A DNA stretch of 64,000 nucleotides from an uncultured delta proteobacterium (GTDB lineage: Bacteria; Desulfobacterota; Syntrophia; Syntrophales; UBA2185). Position 1 is the stretch's first letter, and every line of letters begins with the position of its first letter. The notes beneath the pieces were generated by a model. It was given only the letters and a program-made list of their open reading frames with translations. It was not told the origin of the DNA and did no database searches. Position numbers and translations under genes: made by a program. Shown here piece by piece: positions 42,740-53,005 of the stretch. The stretch lies in the NCBI GenBank assembly GCA_963729715.1, contig CAVSPA010000004.1, positions 224,001 through 288,000 of the forward strand, given 5' to 3'.

Positions 42740-43949
42740 TAAATGCCTTCCAGTTCTTTATGAATCGATCCATTAGAAGGTGACCGGGTGAGACCATCAC
42801 ACCATTTTGCAATGCCGATTTCTCGCTGAACTCAGAACCGTTTCTCAAATTCTCATGTTCATCAGAAGACAATACCGCAAAGGGAGAGGGATCTACAGAA
42901 TGGGTCCTCAGGCTGATGGGCGTAGGGTGATCGCTTAAGACTAGCAACCGGAAGGGAGACAGTCCATTAATTTCATTCAAAATGGCGCCTACAATCATTT
43001 CATCAAAATCTTCAATCGCCCGGATCTTTCCAGCTACGTTGCCTTCATGTCCCATTTCGTCAGGGGCCTCGACATGGAGGAATACAAAAGTGGTGTCTCT
43101 TAGAGCGTCGAGAGCGCTTCTCGCCTTTCCAATATAGTTGGTATCTATGTAGCCTGTCGCACCGTCGACGTGTATGACTTTAAGGCCGGCGTAAATACCG
43201 ATGCCATTCAGAAGGTCAACAGCCGATATCATGCCCCCGTTCAAGCTATATTTGTCTGTCAGCTTGGCAAATTTCGGCGCCCTCCCCTGCCCCCAAAGCC
43301 ATATCGAATTTGCAGGTCTTTTGCCTTCTGTTATGCGTAGCCGGTTCACAGGATGACCACGCAAGAAAACTTGCGAACGCTCCATGAGGCCGTTTATTTC
43401 TTCCTTCCCTTTCCCTCGTGGTAGATAACCCTTGACCGCTTTGCCGGTGATGTCATGAGGCGGCGTTGTCTGAAGTAGTGCTTTACTATCCCTCCATACG
43501 CAGAGGTGTCTGTAACTCACACCAGGATAGAATTGAAAGATTGTGCTACCCAGCTCATCGTTGATGTCATTAATGATTATCTTGGCTTCTTCAGTCGTTA
43601 TATGCCCGGATGTAAAGTCTTCCATAATGTATTCGGCATCTCCGCCAAGGGTAACGAGATTGCAGCGGAAGGCTATGTCATCGACTCCAAGTTGAACTCC
43701 CATGTTGGCCGCCTCCAAAGGTCCGCGACCGGTATAGCATTCCACAGGGTCATAACCGAGTAGGCTCATGATCGCCACATCACTGCCTGGCGACAGACCG
43801 GCTGGTATGGTATCGATCAAGCCCAATGTTCCTGCTTTCGCGACCCTGTCCATATATGGGGTATGTGCGTATTCGAGCGGTGTCTTACCGTCGAGCTCCT
43901 TCAGGGGATAATCCGCCATACCATCGCCGAGGAGGATGATGTATTTCAT
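42720..43949 (-). CDS. apgM: ApgM-family cofactor-independent phosphoglycerate mutase / proposed homoserine kinase
   Basis: GDGMAD, PGSD, GRGPLEA, HVEAPDEMGH, DHPTP, H. Confidence 0.88.
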   Translation of the reverse strand: MKYIILLGDGMADYPLKELDGKTPLEYAHTPYMDRVAKAGTLGLIDTIPAGLSPGSDVAIMSLLGYDPVECYTGRGPLEAANMGVQLGVDDIAFRCNLVTLGGDAEYIMEDFTSGHITTEEAKIIINDINDELGSTIFQFYPGVSYRHLCVWRDSKALLQTTPPHDITGKAVKGYLPRGKGKEEINGLMERSQVFLRGHPVNRLRITEGKRPANSIWLWGQGRAPKFAKLTDKYSLNGGMISAVDLLNGIGIYAGLKVIHVDGATGYIDTNYIGKARSALDALRDTTFVFLHVEAPDEMGHEGNVAGKIRAIEDFDEMIVGAILNEINGLSPFRLLVLSDHPTPISLRTHSVDPSPFAVLSSDEHENLRNGSEFSEKSALQNGVMVSPGHLLMDRFIKNWKAFIEEKSN

Positions 43950-44015
43950 TACAGTTTAATTTTTCCTCAAATAGATAAATGTGATGAGGTTAGAAAGGTC
44001 GTCTCCTCAAAAGCA

Positions 44016-45326
44016 TTACAACCTTTCGTCCTCAATTCTTATCAACATCGTCTTCCCGTGAATGATTTCAAGCTGGTCTATTTCCGTAATAGCTTTCTGA
44101 ACGTTTTCTTCCTTCGATTTGTGTGTAGTCATGACAATAGGAACAGGGCCTGCTTTCTGCCTGCCTTTTTGGATGACTGCGGCAATGCTTATGTCATGCG
44201 CGCCCAGAATTCCCGCTATTCTGGAGAGAACGCCCGGCCGGTCCAGCGCGGAAAGGCGGATATAGTAGTTTGTAACGATTTCTTCAAATGGCATTAGTGT
44301 GATATCATCGATTACATTCTCCCGGAGTGAACGTGCCGGCACGCGCCCTGATATGCCTCTTTGCAGATTACGCGCGATATCGATAACATCACTCACTACG
44401 GCGCTTGCCGTGGGCATCATTCCCGCACCCTGGCCATAGAGAAACACTGAATCCGCTGCATCACCGACAATATGAAATGCATTGAAATTTCCATTGACGT
44501 TTGCGAGAAGATGGCTAAGAGGGATCATCGTGGGATGAATCCTTGCCTCAATGCAGTCGCCCCTCATGATGGCAATGGCAAGCAGCTTGATCCGATACCC
44601 CAGTTCCCTGGCAAATTCGATGTCCTGCTGGCCGATGTTTGATATGCCCTCTCTATGAACATCCTCAAGCCTTACCCTCTTGCCGTATGCCAATGATAAT
44701 GTGATGGCAAGCTTATGAGCCGTATCGATACCTTCGATGTCGAATGTCGGATCGGCTTCTGCGAATCCGAGCTTCTGGGCTTCTTTCAAAACAACCTGGA
44801 AGGATTTCTTCTCATCCGTCATTTTGCTCAATACATAATTTGCCGTCCCGTTTATAATGCCGAAAATCGATTTGATATGGTTTGCCGCCAGACTTTCCTT
44901 CAGGGTCTTAATGATGGGGATTGTGCCGCCTACGCTGGCTTCGAAGCCGATGTCGACCTGTTCTGCCTCAGCAGCCTCGAATATTTCGTTTCCGTACGTA
45001 GCTAAAAGGGCTTTATTAGCGGTTACTACGTTCTTTTTTTTCCGGATAGCCTCAAGGATGAAAGACCGCGCAGGCTCATACCCGCCAATTAGCTCTATGA
45101 CTATAGATATTTCAGGATCGTTGAGGATCACTTTTGCATCTGCGGTCAATAAATCCTTATCTACGGCAACAAGTCTTGGCGTTGTAATATCAAGATCGGC
45201 AATCCTCTTTAAGAAGAGCCTCGCGCCGAGGCGATTTTCGATGACCTCACCGCTGTCTTGAAGGAGTTTTACAACCCCAGTTCCTATAGTGCCGAACCCG
45301 ATCAATCCGATAGTTATTGTTTTCAT
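44016..45326 (-). CDS. hom: Homoserine dehydrogenase with ACT domain
   Basis: GFGTIG, TANKA, FEASVGG, GFAEADP, DRPGVL. Confidence 0.96.
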   Translation of the reverse strand: MKTITIGLIGFGTIGTGVVKLLQDSGEVIENRLGARLFLKRIADLDITTPRLVAVDKDLLTADAKVILNDPEISIVIELIGGYEPARSFILEAIRKKKNVVTANKALLATYGNEIFEAAEAEQVDIGFEASVGGTIPIIKTLKESLAANHIKSIFGIINGTANYVLSKMTDEKKSFQVVLKEAQKLGFAEADPTFDIEGIDTAHKLAITLSLAYGKRVRLEDVHREGISNIGQQDIEFARELGYRIKLLAIAIMRGDCIEARIHPTMIPLSHLLANVNGNFNAFHIVGDAADSVFLYGQGAGMMPTASAVVSDVIDIARNLQRGISGRVPARSLRENVIDDITLMPFEEIVTNYYIRLSALDRPGVLSRIAGILGAHDISIAAVIQKGRQKAGPVPIVMTTHKSKEENVQKAITEIDQLEIIHGKTMLIRIEDERL

Positions 45327-45463
45327 AACTCCGTGTCCGTATCAAGCTCCAGATTTCTTGTATATCCGAACCCAACCGAATGGACAATTTTATTCCCCGG
45401 AACCAAATGCTCTTATTTCTATAACAGTTAACACATGCTTGTCAAAACAAATTAAGTTCTTCG

Positions 45464-47941
45464 CTAACCGGTTTTTGCGAGTTCAAACCTGCCTCCCCAT
45501 CTGTGAAGGAGGGCTTTTTTCAGCAATTCATACTTACCGTTATCCAGATCCGAAATGTTCTCCGCAAATGTGAAAGCATCTGCTCTTGCCTCAACGAGAA
45601 TGTGTGCGTCTCTTAGGATATGCGCAATACGGAAATCGGGAACTCCCGACTGTCTGGTTCCCATGAATTCGCCAGGACCTCTAATGGCTAAATCTTCTTC
45701 AGCGATTTTAAACCCGTCATTTGTCTCTTCCATGACCCGCAGCCTTCTTATTGAATCATCTGACCCTCTGCGGTGCGAGATTAATACGCAGAATGAGGGA
45801 ATATCGCTCCTGCCCACTCTCCCCCTCAGTTGATGCAATTGGGAAAGTCCGAACCTCTCCGCATGTTCTATCACTATTAGGGAGGCATGTGGTATGTCAA
45901 TCCCCACTTCGATCACTGTTGTGGAAACGAGGACGTTTATATCTCTGTTTAGGAAACCCGCCATCGTTTCATCCTTGTCCTTTCCTTTCATGCGGCCGTG
46001 GATAAGCCCCACCCGATGGTCAGGGAATATTTCCTTTTGCAGATGATCGGCCATTTTAGTCGCATCTCTGAGGTCCAGGTTTTCAGATTCTTCAACCAGC
46101 GGATAAACAACAAATATCTGGTTTCCCTTCCTGAGTTCCATCCTCATTATCTCGTATACCCTGTTGCGTTCCTCTTCAAAGAAAACCTTTGTCCGAATCT
46201 TTTTTCTGCCGGGGGGGCATTCATCGATGATCGAAATATCCAAATCTCCATATACGGTCATGGCAAGTGTCCTCGGAATGGGAGTGGCGGTCATAACCAG
46301 AACATCGGGATTTATGCCTTTCTGTCTTAACAATGCCCTCTGCACAACTCCGAACCGATGCTGTTCATCGATAACAACCAAACCCAGTTTGCTGAAAGTC
46401 ACATCCCTCTGGATCAACGCATGAGTTCCGCATATAATGTTAGTATATCCTTTCCTTACCCCGTCGAAAATTTTTTCTCTTTCCACATTCTTCATGGCGC
46501 TCGTCAGCAAAACAACCTTCAAATCAAGCTCGGAAGACCAGTCTTTGATGCGGTTATAGTGCTGCTCAGCAAGAATTTCAGTCGGCACCATTATAGCCGC
46601 CTGATAGCCGTTCTCACAAGCAGTGATCATCGCCGCCATGGAAACAACTGTCTTACCGCACCCTACATCGCCCTGGAGAAGTCTGTTCATGCTTGAGGGT
46701 TTCGCCATATCACATTCGATCTCTGCAATGACCCTCTTTTGGGCATCGGTCAATGTGAAGGGAAGAATCGTGTAAAATTTATGAAGGGTGTGTCCGTGTG
46801 TCTTGAATGCTATGCCACCTACCAAGGTATTGGCTTTCCTTTTTAAGGCCATGCCTAACTGGAGAAAAAAGAATTCGTCGTAAATAAGCCTCCGGTGGGC
46901 ATCCGAGCGCATGTCATTGTATGCTTCGATTCGCTCGTCAGTCGCGGGAAAATGGATGCTGCGCACGGCATTCTTAATATCCAGGAGATGGCGTCTCTCA
47001 CAAATTTCGTGAGGTATGGGGCTTAAGAGATATTCTGAATATTTATCGACGGCATGTGCCATTATCCTTCTTATATATTTTTGGTGAAGACCCTCTGTCT
47101 CTGAATAAACCGGTACGATTCTCTTGAAGTTAATAAAATCCTCCCCGCTTTCGTCATCGTCAAGAACCTCGAAGTCCGGGTGTACCATGTCCTTGCTGGT
47201 AAGGTAACTGCTCACTTCACCGGTCATTATGACTCGCATGCCTTTCTTGAAAATTTTTCTCAAGTAAGCTGGATTGCCTCGAAACCATTTTGCCGTAATG
47301 ATCCCGCTGCCATCTTCTATGGCCACTTCATATGCCTTTCTATTTCTGTACGATCTGTATAGAACGCTCACAACATGACCGATGACTGTCACCCTGCTTC
47401 CCACCATGACCGATTTAATATCCGTGACTGTACGCCTGTCTTCGTATCTACGCGGCACAAAATAAAGTAAATCGGCTACTGTTTTGAGACCTTTTTTCTC
47501 AAGAAGCGGCGCCATCTTGGGCCCCACGCCCTTTACAAACCTCAGAGGAATGGACAACTTCTCTAAACTTGTCTCGCTGTTCTTCAGATCATTTTGCTCC
47601 ATCTCTTCCTGCAGGGAAGAAATTCCGCGCGACGATTCTGCCGCGATCCCTCTGAACTTTTTTACAACGAGCATTGCCTTTTCTATGCGTTCCTTTTTAT
47701 CTTCGAGCGGCAATCCGTCAAAGCCGTCGATTGCTTCTTCAAAGACGGAAATCATATCTTTATATGTCGTATCTGCTTCCTCCGCACCTACATTTGTAAA
47801 CAAGACGCTCTTCAGCTGTTCTACGAAACATCTCATCGTTGTTTCAAAATCCTTTATAAGGTGCAGATATCTGTATGACTCTCTCGATGAGAATAATAAG
47901 GGAGCTTCTATCTTCTCGAGTATTGCAGTTAGTGATTCCAT
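45464..47941 (-). CDS. recG: ATP-dependent DNA helicase RecG (N-terminally extended)
   Basis: GDVGCGKT, DEQHRFG, MTATPIPR, QLHQLRGRVGR, RGPGE..GTRQSG. Confidence 0.97.
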   Translation of the reverse strand: MESLTAILEKIEAPLLFSSRESYRYLHLIKDFETTMRCFVEQLKSVLFTNVGAEEADTTYKDMISVFEEAIDGFDGLPLEDKKERIEKAMLVVKKFRGIAAESSRGISSLQEEMEQNDLKNSETSLEKLSIPLRFVKGVGPKMAPLLEKKGLKTVADLLYFVPRRYEDRRTVTDIKSVMVGSRVTVIGHVVSVLYRSYRNRKAYEVAIEDGSGIITAKWFRGNPAYLRKIFKKGMRVIMTGEVSSYLTSKDMVHPDFEVLDDDESGEDFINFKRIVPVYSETEGLHQKYIRRIMAHAVDKYSEYLLSPIPHEICERRHLLDIKNAVRSIHFPATDERIEAYNDMRSDAHRRLIYDEFFFLQLGMALKRKANTLVGGIAFKTHGHTLHKFYTILPFTLTDAQKRVIAEIECDMAKPSSMNRLLQGDVGCGKTVVSMAAMITACENGYQAAIMVPTEILAEQHYNRIKDWSSELDLKVVLLTSAMKNVEREKIFDGVRKGYTNIICGTHALIQRDVTFSKLGLVVIDEQHRFGVVQRALLRQKGINPDVLVMTATPIPRTLAMTVYGDLDISIIDECPPGRKKIRTKVFFEEERNRVYEIMRMELRKGNQIFVVYPLVEESENLDLRDATKMADHLQKEIFPDHRVGLIHGRMKGKDKDETMAGFLNRDINVLVSTTVIEVGIDIPHASLIVIEHAERFGLSQLHQLRGRVGRSDIPSFCVLISHRRGSDDSIRRLRVMEETNDGFKIAEEDLAIRGPGEFMGTRQSGVPDFRIAHILRDAHILVEARADAFTFAENISDLDNGKYELLKKALLHRWGGRFELAKTG

Positions 47942-48100
47942 TGGATATCAAGTCTTAAAAGTGAACATTAATATAATGATTTCAAATACAAAGACTGAAC
48001 TCAGTTAACAGATATTCAATCTTTTCGCAAGTAAAGAATTGACACGAGAAAGCAATTACGATACAAGTCATCCCCATCCCGGAGGGTCACCGTAAATAGT

Positions 48101-49144
48101 ATGCACGATAAAATGTCATATAAGGATGCAGGTGTTGATATAGACAAGGCCAATATCTTTGTCGACAGGATCAGGACCATTACGAAAGCAACTTTTCGCA
48201 AGGAAGTAATGAGTTCCATCGGCGGTTTTGGCGGGCTATTTCGCCTGGAGGCCGGGAAATATGATAATCCTGTTCTGGTATCGTCCACGGACGGCGTGGG
48301 GACAAAACTAAAAATTGCCCAGATGATGGAAAAGCACGACACTGTGGGCATCGATCTTGTGGCGATGTCCGTGAACGATGTCGTAGTCCAGGGAGCGGAG
48401 CCACTTTTTTTTCTGGACTACATCTCTACGGGCATGATCAATGTGGAAAGAGATATTAAGATCATCGAAGGCATTGTTAAAGGCTGCCAGGAGGCTGGTT
48501 GTGCCCTCATCGGGGGAGAGACAGCTGAGATGCCTGCATTTTATAGTGATGACGATTATGATCTCGCCGGATTCTGCGTCGGCATAGTGGAGGCCGAAAA
48601 AATAATTGACGGCTCGGGGATCCGCGTAGGGGACAGGATCATCGGCATTGCATCCAACGGCATCCATAGCAACGGCTTTTCCCTTGCGAGAAAGGTGCTG
48701 TTTGAAAATGGCAGAGTCAATATTGAAGATAAGCTCGACGGACTGCCCCACTCTATAGGGACAGAGCTTCTACGTCCGACAAAGATTTATGTGAAAGCCC
48801 TCTTGAATCTGATCAAGTACTTCAGCATCAGAGGTATAGTCCATATAACCGGCGGTGGATTCGTAGACAATATACCACGCATCTTGCCTAAGGCCTGTCG
48901 CGCCGTTATTCTCAGAGGCAGCTGGGATATACCACCGGTTTTTGAGATTATCAAGAAGATGGGAAACATTGATGATGCAGAAATGTACCGTGTGTTTAAC
49001 ATGGGTATAGGCATGATGATTGTTACGGCTCAAGAAGAAGCGTCCGAAGTAATGGAGCGACTCGAGACTTTGGAAATGCGGGCGTACGCCATCGGTTTCG
49101 TAGATCGGAAAGACGAAGACAAACCACCCGTATCGTTTATCTAA
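48101..49144 (+). CDS. purM: Phosphoribosylformylglycinamidine cyclo-ligase
   Basis: YKDAGVD, DGVGTK, GGETAEMP, HITGGG, FNMGIG. Confidence 0.97.
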   Translation: MHDKMSYKDAGVDIDKANIFVDRIRTITKATFRKEVMSSIGGFGGLFRLEAGKYDNPVLVSSTDGVGTKLKIAQMMEKHDTVGIDLVAMSVNDVVVQGAEPLFFLDYISTGMINVERDIKIIEGIVKGCQEAGCALIGGETAEMPAFYSDDDYDLAGFCVGIVEAEKIIDGSGIRVGDRIIGIASNGIHSNGFSLARKVLFENGRVNIEDKLDGLPHSIGTELLRPTKIYVKALLNLIKYFSIRGIVHITGGGFVDNIPRILPKACRAVILRGSWDIPPVFEIIKKMGNIDDAEMYRVFNMGIGMMIVTAQEEASEVMERLETLEMRAYAIGFVDRKDEDKPPVSFI

Positions 49145-49148
49145 CGGC

Positions 49149-49814
49149 ATGAAACAAAAAATCAAATTGGGAGTGCTCGTCTCAGGGAGCGGATCCAATC
49201 TTCAGGCGATCATAGATAATATAGAGAAGGGTCTCCTTGACGGGGAGATTAAGGTCATTATCAGCAATAACGCTCATGCTTATGCTCTGGTGCGGGCTAA
49301 GAGACATAATATTCCATGCGCGATTATCAAGCATTCCGATTTTAAAAGCCGGGAAGATTTTGACCGGAAGATGATCGATGTCCTTAATTCGTTTTGCGTC
49401 GATCTGGTAGTGATGGCCGGATTCATGAGACTCTTGACGCCTCTTTTCCTGAATGCGTTTCCCATGAGAATAATGAATATACACCCCGCGATCCTTCCCG
49501 CCTTTCCGGGTATTCATGCTCAGAAGAGAGCTGCCGACTATGGCGTAAGATTTTCAGGTTGTACGGTTCATTTTACCGATGAGGGAGTAGACTCCGGCCC
49601 TATCATTATTCAAGCGATAGTTCCGGCCTATGATGATGACACGGAAGATACTCTCGCTGCCAGAATATTGAAGGAAGAACACAGGATATATCCTCAAGCC
49701 ATTCAGTTTTATGCTGAAGGCAGAATCGAAGTAATCGGAAGAAAGGTCAGAATAAAAGGCAGTGAACGGATCCCGGAAACACCTCTTCATAATCCTCCCG
49801 TGACCGCCTTTTGA
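49149..49814 (+). CDS. purN: Phosphoribosylglycinamide formyltransferase
   Basis: SGSGSNLQA, AGFMR, NIHPAILP, GCTVH, DSGPII. Confidence 0.97.
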   Translation: MKQKIKLGVLVSGSGSNLQAIIDNIEKGLLDGEIKVIISNNAHAYALVRAKRHNIPCAIIKHSDFKSREDFDRKMIDVLNSFCVDLVVMAGFMRLLTPLFLNAFPMRIMNIHPAILPAFPGIHAQKRAADYGVRFSGCTVHFTDEGVDSGPIIIQAIVPAYDDDTEDTLAARILKEEHRIYPQAIQFYAEGRIEVIGRKVRIKGSERIPETPLHNPPVTAF

Positions 49815-49916
49815 CTTTCCAGTTCTTATGGCCTGTATTTATCTTGAGAAATAGATTAGGAGCAAGAGGCATAGATGTCAGGCATTGCTGGCATTTCAAC
49901 ATCTTTTTCTTAGAAT

Positions 49917-51383
49917 ATGTATGATACTGTTGTCATCGGTAATGATTTAAGCTCCTTAGTCGCGGCTGCGATAATTTCACATCATGGCAGGAAGACGGTG
50001 CTCTTATGTGAAGGTGATGCGAGACATGTTTACTCGGATTATGGATACACTTTCAATATCGATCCCATGCCCCTGACCGGCTTTGGCCCGGGGGAGACAT
50101 GTTCACGCCTTCTTGCAAGTCTTGGCATTCCGGTCACAGAATGTTCAGGCCTGCAGTTATTGAATCCCGGTATTCAAATCATCCTTTCCGATCACAGGAT
50201 AGATTGCTTCAATGGCATGGAAGAACTCCTCAATGATATGGAAAGAGAATTTTTCGGCGAGAGAAGTGAGATTCGCAGGCTGTACACGTCCGTTCTGAAG
50301 ATTAGTAATCTTATCGAACAGCGGATGACAGAAAAACCGTATGTATTCCCAACTACCCTTGATGAGTTCATTTCTGTCCTGAAGGGCATCCCTGTAATTC
50401 TGAAAGAAAGATTATCGCTTACAAAAAGATCTAAAACGATTTCAAAAAATCCTTCCTTGGCCCGGGTATTCGAGGCAAAGAGCGCTGTTCTTTCAAACTG
50501 CAGCAACAGCGCCAAGAGCCCCGTTTCTATCTCGTCCGCGTATGCGCTGTCATTGCCACTGAAGGGACTGTATAATCATGTGGCCGGGAATGAGACACTC
50601 CGGGGATTACTGGAATCTGCATTTGAGACTTCCGGGGGTCATCTCATAAAGAACTGTTCTGTCATGAGGATTAACATTAATAGAGAAATTGATGTCGATG
50701 TTTCCATACCTGATACGTTATCTCAAATTAGCGGACGAAATCTTATCATGAGTACAAAGTGGGAGAAGCTCAAATTGCTTCTTCTCAATGACAGGAAATT
50801 CAAGCGCATGGAGCGGAGACTTAAATCGGTAAGATCGGCATACTATCCGTTTACCCTGCACATGGGCATACTCGATAGATGCATCCCCGCAAAAACGGCA
50901 ATTTATATTGCTATCGTCATCGATGAGAATAGACCCGTCATGGATGACAACCTTGTTTTTGTGGAGATAAGCGCGAGAGATTGCAAAGACCGAGCTCCAG
51001 CCGGCAAGAGGGCTCTAAGTGCAACTATTTTCTTGAGAGAGAGTCCCCTCGTATTAACAAATGACGAACTTAAGGAAGTTTCTCAAGTTGTCTTTTGCGC
51101 CCTCGAAAAGTTTCTTCCTTTCCTCAGGGAAAATCTCGATTTCCTCAATATCGGTATGTCTATTGAGCTCTCAAGAAAGTGTCAGGAGTTAGTAAACCAT
51201 AAATACGCGATGCAATCGGATTCATTCTTTGGAATGTCAAGCATATCCAATAAAACACCCCATCGTAACGTGTTTATGACGGGGGAAATGTTACTGGCGG
51301 GTCTAGGTTTCCAGGGAGAGATAATATCCGGCATAAATGCCGCCAATTTAGTCATATCAAAGGAGAGAGACAGGGATGGATGA
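49917..51383 (+). CDS. Phytoene desaturase-like FAD-dependent oxidoreductase, degenerate dinucleotide motif
   Basis: N-terminal YDTVVIGNDLSSLVAA, GYTF, and C-terminal TPHRNVFMTG...GLGFQGEIISG as in CrtI-like proteins. Confidence 0.65.
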   Translation: MYDTVVIGNDLSSLVAAAIISHHGRKTVLLCEGDARHVYSDYGYTFNIDPMPLTGFGPGETCSRLLASLGIPVTECSGLQLLNPGIQIILSDHRIDCFNGMEELLNDMEREFFGERSEIRRLYTSVLKISNLIEQRMTEKPYVFPTTLDEFISVLKGIPVILKERLSLTKRSKTISKNPSLARVFEAKSAVLSNCSNSAKSPVSISSAYALSLPLKGLYNHVAGNETLRGLLESAFETSGGHLIKNCSVMRININREIDVDVSIPDTLSQISGRNLIMSTKWEKLKLLLLNDRKFKRMERRLKSVRSAYYPFTLHMGILDRCIPAKTAIYIAIVIDENRPVMDDNLVFVEISARDCKDRAPAGKRALSATIFLRESPLVLTNDELKEVSQVVFCALEKFLPFLRENLDFLNIGMSIELSRKCQELVNHKYAMQSDSFFGMSSISNKTPHRNVFMTGEMLLAGLGFQGEIISGINAANLVISKERDRDG

Positions 51384-52683
51384 TAGATTTAAGGATTTTA
51401 CGATCCAGGATCTCGGGGAGAGGGCCATACCGTCGCCGGTAAATGTCAGTTATTATACTGCCGATAGCAAGCGCATTCTTCATAATATCTATCTTGAGCA
51501 TTATAAAGATGTGACTACTGCGGATGGCGTTCCCCTCTCACTTGAAGTGGCAGGTCCCCGGGAAAAGATTTTTTTTGACCCCGCGCAGACGAAGGCGGCC
51601 ATTGTCACCTGCGGCGGCCTCTGCCCCGGCATCAATGACGTCATCAGGGCAATTTTCATGGAATTGTTTCACCGTTACGGAGTGAAAAACGTCGTAGGCA
51701 TCAAATACGGGTTCCAGGGCTTAATACCGAAATACGGCCATCAGGTATTAGAACTGACGCCGGACATCGTCAAAGACATCCATACGTCCGGGGGAAGCAT
51801 ACTATCTTCATCGCGCGGCATGCAGGATTCGGCTGAGATGGTAAATACTCTAAAGCGCATGAACGTCGATATACTTTTCTGCATAGGAGGGGATGGCACT
51901 ATGAGGGGCGCCGGCTCCATTACAGAAGAGATAAGGAGGAGAAACCTCAACATAAGTGTAATAGGCATACCGAAGACTATCGACAACGACCTTAACCTTA
52001 TTCAGAAAACATTCGGATTTGATACGGCGATTTCCGAGGCGGTTAAAGCTATCGAGTGCGCCCATGCAGAGGCGAAGGGTGCACCAATGGGGATCGGCCT
52101 CGTCAAGATTATGGGGCGTCAGTCTGGCCATATAGCTTGCGGTGCGGCTCTGGCTCAGGGTGATGTCAATTTCGTGCTCATTCCCGAGGTTCACTTCGAC
52201 CTGCAGGGAGAGAACGGTTTTCTTAAGGCTCTTGAGTATCGTCTCAAGAGAAGCGGACATTGCGTGATCCTTGTGGCAGAAGGAGCCGGACAGGATCTCA
52301 TTCGTCAGGACAACGAAACTATTGAGAAAGATGCTTCGGGGAATATAAGGCTGCTTGACATCGGCACGTTCCTCAAAACGGAGATAGAAAAGCACTTGAA
52401 GAAAATAGGCTTGGAAATTAACCTCAAATATATAGACCCCAGTTACATGATTCGCAGCGTGCCGGCCAATGCGAGCGACAGCATTTATTGCGGCGCCCTC
52501 GGTCAATATGCTGTGCATGCAGGTATGGCAGGAAAAACAAACATGCTCGTAGGTCTGATAAAGGACGAATATGTTCACCTTCCCCTTCAGGTAGTTACCT
52601 CGGGATCAAAGGTCAATCCGGAGGGCAATATTTGGATGCGAGTACTCGAAACAACAGGGCAGCCGCCATCTATGAAGGCGTAA
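51376..52683 (+). CDS. pfkA: 6-phosphofructokinase (long, probably ATP-dependent clade)
   Basis: TCGGLCPG, SSRG, GGDGT, PKTIDND, MGR, YIDPSY. Confidence 0.92.
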   Translation: MDDRFKDFTIQDLGERAIPSPVNVSYYTADSKRILHNIYLEHYKDVTTADGVPLSLEVAGPREKIFFDPAQTKAAIVTCGGLCPGINDVIRAIFMELFHRYGVKNVVGIKYGFQGLIPKYGHQVLELTPDIVKDIHTSGGSILSSSRGMQDSAEMVNTLKRMNVDILFCIGGDGTMRGAGSITEEIRRRNLNISVIGIPKTIDNDLNLIQKTFGFDTAISEAVKAIECAHAEAKGAPMGIGLVKIMGRQSGHIACGAALAQGDVNFVLIPEVHFDLQGENGFLKALEYRLKRSGHCVILVAEGAGQDLIRQDNETIEKDASGNIRLLDIGTFLKTEIEKHLKKIGLEINLKYIDPSYMIRSVPANASDSIYCGALGQYAVHAGMAGKTNMLVGLIKDEYVHLPLQVVTSGSKVNPEGNIWMRVLETTGQPPSMKA

Positions 52684-53005
52684 GGCGCAAGAGCGAAATT
52701 TTAATTTCTTGCAGAGTTCGAAGACAAGATGATTTACGCTGCCTTGATCTGAGAGGAGACATGCGCGGAATGTCCTGATTTTTTGCCATTCACGTCGCAT
52801 GCTATCATTGAAAATCCTTAAATACCCTGCCTGCTGGTAGTTTTTACCTACCATTTATCTACTTAATAATCCCCATTGTTTTCCATTATCAATGATGTCA
52901 GAAGGAAAGCGCCTAAGTGTAAGTAATTAAACTGGCACGGAAGAAAACGACGTCCGACTCCCAGAGACGAGGTTTTAATATGACGATAATGCCTTGGGAC
53001 CGCCC

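Noticed and set aside
52934..52950. sigma54 promoter (TGGCAC) before the sensor kinase
   Set aside because: No TTGC/GC -12 element at the required spacing.
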